From the NCBI GenBank assembly GCA_963823555.1, contig CAWGMA010000003.1, positions 149,970 through 213,969 on the forward strand: a stretch of 64,000 nt of DNA, read 5' to 3'. Positions 56,021 to 64,000 of the stretch are shown here, in pieces (position 1 is the stretch's first letter; the number at the start of each line of letters is the position of its first letter). The position numbers were made by a program, and so were the translations under genes. The notes below the pieces were generated by a model, which worked only from the letters and a program-made list of their open reading frames with translations, had not been told where the DNA came from and searched no databases. The DNA comes from Candidatus Eiseniibacteriota bacterium (GTDB lineage: Bacteria > Eisenbacteria > RBG-16-71-46 > CAVPCR01).

Positions 56021-57861
56021 GACGACACCTCCGAGGTCTCGGTCGCCTCCTCGTCCAGCAATTCGTCGCGCAGATTCTCCTCGAGCGCCGTCTGGATCTG
56101 CCAGAGCCGGCGGTAGAGGCCGTCTTCCGCGAGCAGTGTGGTATGCGATCCCTCCTGCAGGACTCGGCCCCGGTCCAGAGCCACGATGCGGTCCGCGTGC
56201 ATGAGCGTGGACAGCCGGTGGGCGATGACCACGGTCGTGTAGCGGCCGCGCCGCGCGCGGAGCGCGGTGAGGATCATGCTCTCGGTCTCCGTGTCCACCG
56301 CGGACAGCGCGTCGTCCAGGATCAGGATCGCGGGCTCGCGCACGAGCGCGCGGGCGAGCGCCACCCGCTGGCGCTGGCCGCCCGAGAGCGTGACTCCGCG
56401 CTCGCCAACGAGCGTGTCGTATCCGGCCTCGAAGCCGGTGATCGAATCGTGCACGCAGGCGGTGGCGGCCGCCTCGACGATCTCCTCGTCGCGGGCGGTG
56501 CCCCGTCCGAGGCGGATGTTCTCCCGCACCGACTTCGAGTAGAGAAAGGGCTCCTGCATGACGACGGCGATGTGGGCCCTGAGCGCCTTCCGGCCGAGGG
56601 TCGTGATCTCCCGCCCGTCGATGCGGATCGAGCCCTGAGTCGGGTCGTAGAAGCGGAGGAGGAGGTTCACGATCGTCGACTTGCCCGCGCCGGAGGGGCC
56701 GAGCAGCGCCAGCGTCTCGCCCGATCCCACGCGGAAAGAGACCTGATCGAGGACTCGCGGGCCGTCGCCATGGGCGAAGCTCACCCCTTCGAACTCGATA
56801 TCGCCGGCGACCGTCAGCGGTCCGCCGCGCAGGATCACCTCGCTCTCGCGCTCGGCACCGAGGATTTCCTCGATGCGGCCCATGGCCACCGAGGCCTTGC
56901 CGAGCTCGGTCAGGATGCGACCAAGCATGCGGATCGGCCAGATGAACATGTTCACCGCAGCGAGGAAGAAGTAGAACGTGCCCACCGGGATCTGCCCCAG
57001 CGCCAGCCAGAGGCCGCCCACCGCCACCAGCACCACCTTCTGGCCCATGCACATGAAGTCGGAGATCGACCAGTACCAGGCGAGGAGCCGGAAGTACTGC
57101 GTGTCGAGATCGCGATAGGTTCGAATCCGCTCGCCGAACTTCTCCTTCTCGAAGTCCTGGCGGGCGAAGGCACGCACCACCCGGATCCCGGTCAGGTTCT
57201 CCTGGAGGGTGCTCGTCATTCGCCCCTCGGCTTCATCCACCAGCTTGAACGTCGCTCGCACCCTCCTGAAGAAGAAGAACGAGAAGATGACGATCGGGGG
57301 GATGAAGACCACCGAAACGGCGGCGAGTCGCCAGTCGAGGGCCACCATGAGCGGAATCGGCACCATCATCATGAGCGCCGCCCGTCCGATCTCGACGATC
57401 TGAGTGGCCAGGAACTGGCGAAACGTCTCCACGTCGGAGGTGCATCGCTGCACGAGGTCCCCGGTTTCGGCCCGGTCGTGGTAGGCCGCCGGCAGATGCG
57501 CGAGATGGTCATGGAGCCGATCACGGACGCGGCGCGCGATGGACTCGCTGGCCATGGCCGACCAGCGTCCGCGCAGGTAGGCGAACCCGCCGGCGATCGC
57601 TGTCAGGACGACGATGGCCACCGCCGCGATCCAGAGATGGCTCTGCAGGAACTCGCGTCCGCCGGCAAGACCGACAGCCCACCGGACGAGCGGGGCCGCC
57701 CTCTCGGGCTCGCTCGTGAGCACGCCGTCGAGCACCACCTGGGGCACGAGCGGGACCAGGTATATGAAGCATGAGCCGAGGACGAGCGCGAATAGCGCTC
57801 CGCCATAGCGGAGGCGTTGTCCCCTGGTCAGTTGCCAGATGAGTCGATGATTGGCGTTCAT
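56017..57861 (-). CDS. ABC transporter ATP-binding/permease protein (exporter half-transporter, subunit 1)
   Basis: TMD followed by an NBD with Walker A GPSGAGKST, signature LSGGQRQRVALARAL and Walker B LILDDALSAVD. Start taken at ATG 57861 (MNANHRLIWQ...). Confidence 0.9.
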   Translation of the reverse strand: MNANHRLIWQLTRGQRLRYGGALFALVLGSCFIYLVPLVPQVVLDGVLTSEPERAAPLVRWAVGLAGGREFLQSHLWIAAVAIVVLTAIAGGFAYLRGRWSAMASESIARRVRDRLHDHLAHLPAAYHDRAETGDLVQRCTSDVETFRQFLATQIVEIGRAALMMMVPIPLMVALDWRLAAVSVVFIPPIVIFSFFFFRRVRATFKLVDEAEGRMTSTLQENLTGIRVVRAFARQDFEKEKFGERIRTYRDLDTQYFRLLAWYWSISDFMCMGQKVVLVAVGGLWLALGQIPVGTFYFFLAAVNMFIWPIRMLGRILTELGKASVAMGRIEEILGAERESEVILRGGPLTVAGDIEFEGVSFAHGDGPRVLDQVSFRVGSGETLALLGPSGAGKSTIVNLLLRFYDPTQGSIRIDGREITTLGRKALRAHIAVVMQEPFLYSKSVRENIRLGRGTARDEEIVEAAATACVHDSITGFEAGYDTLVGERGVTLSGGQRQRVALARALVREPAILILDDALSAVDTETESMILTALRARRGRYTTVVIAHRLSTLMHADRIVALDRGRVLQEGSHTTLLAEDGLYRRLWQIQTALEENLRDELLDEEATETSEVSS

Positions 57862-57937
57862 CGCCCTGTTCCTGTGCGGCGGCGCCTTCAAGCGCCGCCG
57901 TCGCGAGGCCATGGGTCAGCGGTCGGGGAACGGGCGG

Positions 57938-58008
57938 AGAGCGGGCTCGGGCCGGATTCAGTCGGCAGAAAGCGATCGAGCCCGCTCCCCGGCGAGGGAG
58001 CGGGCTCG
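57938..58008 (-). promoter_or_regulatory. Three 11-nt elements forming mutually exclusive hairpins (candidate transcription attenuator) in the leader of the ABC exporter operon
   Basis: GAGCGGGCTCG occurs at 57938-57948 and 57998-58008. Its exact reverse complement CGAGCCCGCTC occurs at 57977-57987. The central element can pair with either flanking copy. Confidence 0.5.
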
Positions 58009-58032
58009 AAGGACGAGTCTCAAGTCAACGTC

Positions 58033-58122
58033 CTAGGAAGCCGGGCTCCCTCCATCCCCAGCCGGGGGAAGGACGACCAGGCAAGGGACCTGGCCGGTGA
58101 TGATGAGGACGTTGATCTTCAT
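58033..58122 (-). CDS. Candidate 29-aa leader peptide MKINVLIITGQVPCLVVLPPAGDGGSPAS
   Basis: ATG at 58122 is preceded 9 nt upstream by AAGGAG. Stop TAG at 58033-58035 lies 25 nt before the first hairpin element. It is below the ORF-track length cutoff and was found by reading the reverse strand. Confidence 0.35.
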   Translation of the reverse strand: MKINVLIITGQVPCLVVLPPAGDGGSPAS

Positions 58123-58228
58123 GCGTAAACGCTCCTTAGGGGTTCGCACGGCGGATTCCCACCGGATTGATATGCGAACACTCTACGCGCATCGCAGGGC
58201 TCTGTAAAGCGGAATCATGAATTCGCCT

Positions 58229-59692
58229 TCACCGCTCGTAGGATTCGCGGCGAGATGCAGCGGAGAGCGGTGTCAGAAAGCGGAGAGGATCGGAGAGCAC
58301 TTGCGCTCGGACCTCGGCGAGCGTGGTCCCGCCGCCGTAGCTCACAGCCGATTGCAGATGCCCGCGCAGCCGATGGAGGATGGCGACGACACTCCCCTGG
58401 TAGGGGATCTGGACCTCATGGCCTTCTGCCGGGATGCCCAGCGCCGATTCGAGCGGCTCGCCATCATCCTCGAGCTGCGCTCCGAAGACCGCCTGGGGAG
58501 AGGTCATACCGCGATAGATCTTGCGCTTCTCACGAGTGGCGGGGTCCTCGATCACATGCCCCGGTGCTTCGTCGGTCCCGGAGAGCATGCTGCCGAGCAT
58601 CACGGTCGAGGCCCCGCAGATGAGGGCCAGGAAGACGTCCTTGTCGTGACGCACGCCACCGTCGGCGATCAGCGGGATCGAGTCGCCCAGCGCACAGTGG
58701 ATCTCGCGAATCGCCTGCAGCTGGGGCACACCGGCGGCCGTTTCGAGCCGCGTGCGGCAGCCGCGTCCGGGTCCGATGCCGATCTTGATGCCATCGACGC
58801 CGAGATCGGCGAGGAAGCGGGCACCATCGGCGGTGCCCACATTGCCGGCGATGAGCGTGAGATCGCCGAGATGACGGCGGAGCGCGGCCACGGCATCCCG
58901 CATGGCCAGCGAATGCCCATGGGCGATGTCGACGAGGATGGCATCGGTGCCGGCGGCCAGAAGCTCCTGGGCGCGTTCGACGGAATCTCCGCGCGCACCG
59001 ACCGCCGCGCCGACCAGCAGTCGCCCCTTCGCGTCCCGGCTCGAACCGGGAAGCTGGCGTGAGATCAGGATGTCCTTCTTGGTGATGAGACCGGCAATGT
59101 GGCCTTCCTCGTCGACGAGCGGCAGCTTCTCGATCCGGTGCTCGAACATCACCTGCTCGGCATCCTCGGCCGCGATCCCCGGCCGGGCGATGATCAGCTT
59201 CTGGCGTGGCGTCATGAACTCATCGACACGATGATCGAGCCGATCCCCGGTCCAGGGGATATCGCGGTTCGAGAGCAGGCCGGCGAGGACGCGACTGCCA
59301 TGCTCTTCCTCGATCAGGATGCCGGTGATGTTGTGCTGCTTGATGAACTCGATGGCATCGCGGATGGTGACGTCCCGGGGGAGAGAGAGCGGCTGCTCGA
59401 CGACGTAGCCCTGACTCCGTTTCACCCGCTTCACCATGGCGACCTGCTCGGCGATCGGCATCGCGCGATGGATGAAACCGATGCCGCCCTCGAGCGCCAT
59501 CGTCTTCGCCATCTGCATCTCGGTGACGCTGTCCATGTTGGCGGAGACGATGGGGAAGTGGAGGGCATGGTGCTTGGAGAGCCGCGTCGTGAGGGAGACC
59601 CGTCGGCGCGAGGCGACCCGACCCAGTTGCGGCCGGAAGAGGAAATCATCGTAGGTGCGGCCGATGAAGATCCGTTCGAGATCCCTGTCCAT
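58229..59692 (-). CDS. guaB: IMP dehydrogenase
   Basis: The sequence MDRDLERIFIGRTYDDFLF..., a CBS pair, and the catalytic loop IGIGPGRGCRTR are present. Length is 487 aa. Start coordinate is plus or minus 1 nt. Confidence 0.95.
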   Translation of the reverse strand: MDRDLERIFIGRTYDDFLFRPQLGRVASRRRVSLTTRLSKHHALHFPIVSANMDSVTEMQMAKTMALEGGIGFIHRAMPIAEQVAMVKRVKRSQGYVVEQPLSLPRDVTIRDAIEFIKQHNITGILIEEEHGSRVLAGLLSNRDIPWTGDRLDHRVDEFMTPRQKLIIARPGIAAEDAEQVMFEHRIEKLPLVDEEGHIAGLITKKDILISRQLPGSSRDAKGRLLVGAAVGARGDSVERAQELLAAGTDAILVDIAHGHSLAMRDAVAALRRHLGDLTLIAGNVGTADGARFLADLGVDGIKIGIGPGRGCRTRLETAAGVPQLQAIREIHCALGDSIPLIADGGVRHDKDVFLALICGASTVMLGSMLSGTDEAPGHVIEDPATREKRKIYRGMTSPQAVFGAQLEDDGEPLESALGIPAEGHEVQIPYQGSVVAILHRLRGHLQSAVSYGGGTTLAEVRAQVLSDPLRFLTPLSAASRRESYER

Positions 59693-59842
59693 GGCGCCCG
59701 GAGTATAGCGCCGTGACGCCGTCCCGCCCAGGGAAGCCGGCCGGCATCGGTCGGAGCGGCCCGGAGCTTGTTGCGCCGCGGCGCGGGACATAGGAGACTT
59801 TTCGTGCCCGGCCGCGCCTCCCATCGGTGATAAGAGAAAGCC

Positions 59843-61111
59843 ATGTCCTCCTTCACGGCATCGGCGCGTGAGCGCGTGATCCTCCATCTCGATATGGATG
59901 CGTTCTATGCCGCCGTCGAGGTGCGCGAGGATCCCGCGCTGGCCGGGAAGCCGCTCATCATCGGCCACCGCGGTCGGCGTGGCGTGGTGTCGACGTGTTC
60001 CTACGAGGCGCGCCGATTCGGTGTGCGCTCGGCGATGCCGTCCCTCACCGCCGAGCGGCTCTGTCCCGACGCGACCTGGCTTCCGGGTCGCATGGATCTC
60101 TATGTCCGGGTGTCGCATGCGATCCGGTCCATCCTTGCCGGGTTCACGCCGATCATCGAGCCGCTCTCGATCGACGAGGCATTCCTCGATCTCTCCGGCA
60201 TCGCACGGGATCTCCAGGCCGGCCGCGAGGTCGCTGTCGCCCTCAAGCAGCGCATCCGGACTCAGGAGCGACTGACCGCCTCGGTCGGTGTCGCCCCCAA
60301 CAAGTTCCTGGCCAAGCTCGCCTCCGACATGGAGAAGCCGGACGGACTCGTGGTGTTCCCCCTGTCGCTCGTTCCCGAGCGCTTGTGGCCGCTGCCGGTG
60401 GGGCGGCTCTGGGGCGTGGGCCCGAAGACGGCCCAGCGTCTCGAGTCGGGCAGGATCAGGATCGTCCGGGACCTGGTCGAGTCCGAAGCTGAAGTCATTG
60501 CTCGCCTCGTCGGCGAGTCGGCGGCCCATCACCTCCGCGCCCTCGCCCGCGGTGAGGACACACGCCCGGTGGTGCCCGAGCATGAGGCCAAGTCGATGTC
60601 CGAGGAGCGGACCTATCTCAATGATCTTCGTGCCCCCGACGAGATCGATGAGTCGCTCCTGGCCCGGGCCGAGGGCGTGGCCCGGCAATTGCGCGCCGCC
60701 GGGTTGCGTGGACGCACGGTGCACCTCAAGGTGCGCACCGGAGACTTCACCACCTGGACCCGCGCTCACACCCTCGATGCCGCGACCGATCTCGCCGAGG
60801 TCATCGTGAGCACCGCGCGTATGCTCTTCCGCGAGCGGATTCATCTCGGAGGGCGAGGCGTGCGGCTGCTCGGGGTCGGAATGAGCGGCCTGGAACCCGC
60901 GACGGTGCGGTCCGAGCGGCAGTTCGAGCTCTTCGCGACGAGGGCCGCCGATCCCGATTCCAGGGAGGAGCGGCTTGAACGCCTGGCGCGGGCCACGGAT
61001 GCGGTTCGCAAGCGGTTGGGCCGCGATGTCCTCAAGCGGGCGCGGCTCCTTGGAAAGCCGGAGCGCGATCCCGGCGAGGGCGAGGCCTCGAGTTTGCCCT
61101 CGGTGGACTGA
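59843..61111 (+). CDS. dinB: DNA polymerase IV
   Basis: Y-family motifs are present: ILHLDMDAFYAAVE, ...CSYEARRFGVRSAMP... and SIDEAFLDL. Divergent from guaB. Confidence 0.95.
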   Translation: MSSFTASARERVILHLDMDAFYAAVEVREDPALAGKPLIIGHRGRRGVVSTCSYEARRFGVRSAMPSLTAERLCPDATWLPGRMDLYVRVSHAIRSILAGFTPIIEPLSIDEAFLDLSGIARDLQAGREVAVALKQRIRTQERLTASVGVAPNKFLAKLASDMEKPDGLVVFPLSLVPERLWPLPVGRLWGVGPKTAQRLESGRIRIVRDLVESEAEVIARLVGESAAHHLRALARGEDTRPVVPEHEAKSMSEERTYLNDLRAPDEIDESLLARAEGVARQLRAAGLRGRTVHLKVRTGDFTTWTRAHTLDAATDLAEVIVSTARMLFRERIHLGGRGVRLLGVGMSGLEPATVRSERQFELFATRAADPDSREERLERLARATDAVRKRLGRDVLKRARLLGKPERDPGEGEASSLPSVD

Positions 61112-61119
61112 GCCCAGCC

Positions 61120-62010
61120 CTACTGGGCCGGCTCCTTCCGCCTGCCACGAAAGGAAACCCAGACCCCCGCCAGCACGAGCAAGGCGCCGGCGAAGCTCGA
61201 TCCTGACAGCCGCTCGTGGCGCACGAGCGCGCCGAGGATGACGGCGACCACGGGGACGATGACCGAGGACAGGCTGGTCCGGCTGGCGCTCCAGTGCTTG
61301 AGGAGCCACGCGTAGAGGACGAACGCCCCCACCGAGCCGGCAAGCGTCAAGTAGAGGATGGGGAACCACTCGGCGAAGACGCGGGGCACCGGATGCGGCT
61401 CACCGGCCAGAAGGCTCACGACCAGACACACGGCACAACCCACACCCGATCCCACGGCGTTGGCCCCGATGGCTGACTGCCTGGGGCCACGTTTCAAGAC
61501 CACGCCCCCGATCGCAGCCAGCGTGGCCCCCGCCCAGATGGCGAGCATCGGGAGCGTCTCCGCGCTCGTATCGGCGAGCTCCCCGGAGAAGATGATGCCG
61601 ACGCCGACGAGGGCAAGAAGGGCGCCGCCGATCTTTTGCTTCGTCAGGCGCTCGAGGCCGATAGCCCTGGCCACGATCGCCGTTGTCAGCGGGATCGTGG
61701 CATAGAAGACCGACGTGATCCCGGAGGGCACCGTCTTCTGCCCCCAGTAGAGGAGTGCGAAGTTGAGTCCGAGGACGAGAAACCCGTAGCCGGCCGCGGC
61801 CCTGAGCGCCGCTCCGCGGGGCCAACCCTGGCCGGTCAAGGCCAGGATCGAGCCGAGGATGAGGGTCGCCAGACCGAGGCGAAGCGACGCCGCCCAGATC
61901 GCCGGCACCGTGTCGTTCCCGAACGAGATCGCGAGGAAGGTGCTGCCCCAGATCGCGGTCGAGCCGGCAAAGGCCAGCGCGGGCAGAGCGTGAGAGCGAC
62001 GCGAACTCAT
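61120..62010 (-). CDS. DMT (EamA) family transporter
   Basis: Ten TM helices in two EamA repeats. 296 aa. Confidence 0.8.
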   Translation of the reverse strand: MSSRRSHALPALAFAGSTAIWGSTFLAISFGNDTVPAIWAASLRLGLATLILGSILALTGQGWPRGAALRAAAGYGFLVLGLNFALLYWGQKTVPSGITSVFYATIPLTTAIVARAIGLERLTKQKIGGALLALVGVGIIFSGELADTSAETLPMLAIWAGATLAAIGGVVLKRGPRQSAIGANAVGSGVGCAVCLVVSLLAGEPHPVPRVFAEWFPILYLTLAGSVGAFVLYAWLLKHWSASRTSLSSVIVPVVAVILGALVRHERLSGSSFAGALLVLAGVWVSFRGRRKEPAQ

Positions 62011-62166
62011 TGGAAAATTGGAACCTCGTGGAGGGCGGAAGACCGCCTGAGGGATCGGTGTGGACCGAGCCAGGGTAGCCGGAGGGCCGCAGCGTGCCTA
62101 CTCCAGACTCATAATACATTGTTATTCAACACGTTATATCGCTCAGCCCGGCACTGGCCAGATGAT

Positions 62167-62188
62167 TGTCTAATATCTAATTTAGACA
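62167..62188. promoter_or_regulatory. Inverted repeat TGTCTAA-N8-TTAGACA in an AT-rich divergent promoter region
   Basis: Read from the sequence. It lies 117 nt upstream of the DUF4397 lipoprotein start, inside an unusually AT-rich stretch (...cataatacattgttattcaacacgttatatcg...). Confidence 0.35.
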
Positions 62189-62304
62189 TATCTGAATCGG
62201 ACCGGGGGGCCGGCGGAATCCCATGGAGTGAACGGGGTGCCGGAGGTTCCGGACGTAACCCAGACAGCCCAATCCAATCGAACCCCCAAAGGAGTTGGCT
62301 CGCC

Positions 62305-63750
62305 ATGTTCTCTCAGCTCTTCCGCCGGAAGCTGATGCCGATGAGTCTCGTCCTCCTCGTGGTCCTCGTCGCCGGATGCGGTGACGATGACGATGGTGAC
62401 AATGGCATGATCCCGATGCCGGAGGTTCCGGCCATCCGCGTCGTTCACAGCTCTCCCGATGCGCCTGCGGTCGACGTCTATGCCGCCGGTAGCTCGACGC
62501 CCTTGTTCACGAACGTCGCCTACGGCGAGGCCACCGACTACCTGACGGTGGATGCCGGAACCGTGAAGATCCAGCTGCGCCCGGCCGGCGCCGATCCGGG
62601 GTCGACTCCGGTGTTCGAGACCGGCGACCTCGCGATTGGAGCCGATGATCGCATCACGGCCGTCGCAGCCGGGCTGATCGGGGCCACCGGAGCAGCAGAC
62701 GCTTTCCGCATCCTGCCCCTGGTCGAGGGCTTCGCCGATCCGGGCACGAGCGTTCGCGCTCGAATCGTTCATGCCGGAGCCGACGCGCCATCCGTGGCGG
62801 TGGACGTGGGCAACGATGGCACTCCGGAGATCACAGACTTCGCTCGCTTCGCGGACACCGGCGCGACGGGCGTCGAGCTGCCGAGCGGCGAGGCGCTGGC
62901 CATCGGGATCTGGGCGGGCTCTCCGCTCGCCCGGGTGACGGCCTTCACGACGCCGGCGCTGCCGGCCGGGGCCGAGATCTTCGTGATCGCGACCGGGCTC
63001 CTGAGTCAGCCCCCGCGTGATGACGATGGCTTCTCACTGCTTGCCGTCGGCCCCGAGGGTGCGATCGGCTTCATCAAGCAGAACCCCGTGGTGTATGCGC
63101 TGCATGCATCACCGGACGCGCCCGCCGTGGACATCGCTGTCGGGGGTACGTCGACGATCCTGGTCAGCAATCTCGCCTTCGGCGATCTCTCGGACCCGGT
63201 GCAGGTGGCACCGGCCGCTTACACTCTCGAGTTTCGCGCGACCGGGACTTCGAATGCGGCCGCCTCGCTGACGACACCGTCCCTCGCGGCGGGAGAGCGC
63301 TACCTGGCGATCGCCACCGGATTCTTGTCTCCGGAAAGCGGTGAGCCGTCATTCCAGCTCTTCCCGCTGGCCGACGGCTTCGATCGCGAACTCGCCACGC
63401 CTCTCTTGCGCGTCGCTCACGCCTCACCCGATGCGCCCGCGGTCGACGTGGGCACCGTGTCGGGCAACGTGCTGACGCCGCTCGCTCCCTTCACTGATCT
63501 CGCCTTCGCCGAATCCTCGGTGGAAGAGGGGACCGAGGTGCCGGCGGCCGCGCTGCTGATCGGCGTGGCGCCTACCGGGACGACCACTCCGGTGGCGACG
63601 TTCAACGTGACCACTGCAGTCGGTCTCAGGGCGATCGCCGTGGCAGCCGGCGCGCTCTCGCCCGAAGTGGGCATCGACGAGCCCTTCCGACTCCTCATCA
63701 TCGATACGGCCGTCTGGCCGTGGACGGTGGCGACCGTCAATCCCAACTAG
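62305..63750 (+). CDS. Lipoprotein with four tandem DUF4397 domains
   Basis: AAAGGAG RBS upstream. Lipobox LVAGC|GDDDD. Four repeats each begin ...(I/L)R(V/I)(V/A)HaSPDAPAVDV... Confidence 0.7.
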   Translation: MFSQLFRRKLMPMSLVLLVVLVAGCGDDDDGDNGMIPMPEVPAIRVVHSSPDAPAVDVYAAGSSTPLFTNVAYGEATDYLTVDAGTVKIQLRPAGADPGSTPVFETGDLAIGADDRITAVAAGLIGATGAADAFRILPLVEGFADPGTSVRARIVHAGADAPSVAVDVGNDGTPEITDFARFADTGATGVELPSGEALAIGIWAGSPLARVTAFTTPALPAGAEIFVIATGLLSQPPRDDDGFSLLAVGPEGAIGFIKQNPVVYALHASPDAPAVDIAVGGTSTILVSNLAFGDLSDPVQVAPAAYTLEFRATGTSNAAASLTTPSLAAGERYLAIATGFLSPESGEPSFQLFPLADGFDRELATPLLRVAHASPDAPAVDVGTVSGNVLTPLAPFTDLAFAESSVEEGTEVPAAALLIGVAPTGTTTPVATFNVTTAVGLRAIAVAAGALSPEVGIDEPFRLLIIDTAVWPWTVATVNPN

Positions 63751-63765
63751 GTAGAATGATCACCA

Positions 63766-64000
63766 TGTCCCTCCCCCCTCGTAAGGAAGGCCCCGCCGGG
63801 GGTGATCTTGCCGAGCCGGGCCTGGGCCTGCTCTCGATCGGAGAGCTGGCCCAGGCCACGGGGGTCACTCCGGACACGATCCGGGTCTGGGAGCGGCGTT
63901 ACGGCCGACCTTCTCCCGTGCGTCTCGAATCCGGGCATCGTCGCTACACGCGCGAACATGTGAGGTGGCTCAGGCAGGTCGCCGAGGCGCTTGCTCGCGG
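63766..64000 (+). CDS. MerR-family transcriptional regulator. Only the N-terminal HTH part is in the window.
   Basis: LSIGELAQATGVTPDTIRVWERRYGRPSPVRLESGHRRYTREHVRWLRQV is a MerR-type HTH. The ORF runs off the window end. Confidence 0.6.

Overview
This is a 64 kb high-GC (about 70%) bacterial chromosomal window that is densely coding on both strands. There are no rRNA or tRNA genes, CRISPR arrays, transposases or integrases. Core metabolism is represented by a partial typA/bipA gene, a 2-oxoacid:ferredoxin oxidoreductase operon (delta, alpha and a fused beta-gamma subunit) that appears to be co-transcribed with a universal stress protein, a mitochondrial-type aconitase, guaB (IMP dehydrogenase) and dinB. 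Regulatory genes include a FixL/FixJ-like PAS histidine kinase with its LuxR-type response regulator, a Ser/Thr kinase fused to a TolB-like beta-propeller, and the N-terminal part of a MerR-family regulator at the 3' edge. The most distinctive content is a set of secreted hydrolases. These are two S8 subtilases (one about 1480 aa), an M1 aminopeptidase with HEAT repeats, and an M28 aminopeptidase. Three of the four end in the same roughly 80-aa FlgD-Ig/T9SS-like C-terminal domain. One S8 subtilase carries a type-I dockerin. Directly downstream of it is a lipoprotein with a cohesin-like domain, and directly upstream is a stand-alone lipoprotein resembling the subtilisin I9 propeptide. Together these look like a surface protease-anchoring module. 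Other notable items are a 29-codon leader ORF with mutually exclusive 11-bp hairpins upstream of a heterodimeric ABC exporter pair, in a BmrB/BmrCD-like attenuator arrangement. There is also an FeS-BCP/(6-4)-photolyase-family gene with the four-Cys cluster signature next to an AttH/CrtC-like gene, a membrane-anchored MutS domain-V protein, a lipoprotein built from 33-bp tandem repeats, and a 44-aa internally collapsed YbjQ-like mini-ORF. Three single-nucleotide frameshifts are present, two in lhr and one in a homopolymer G-run in an FtsX permease. All calls come from reading the six-frame translations and the nucleotide sequence by eye. No database searches were run.
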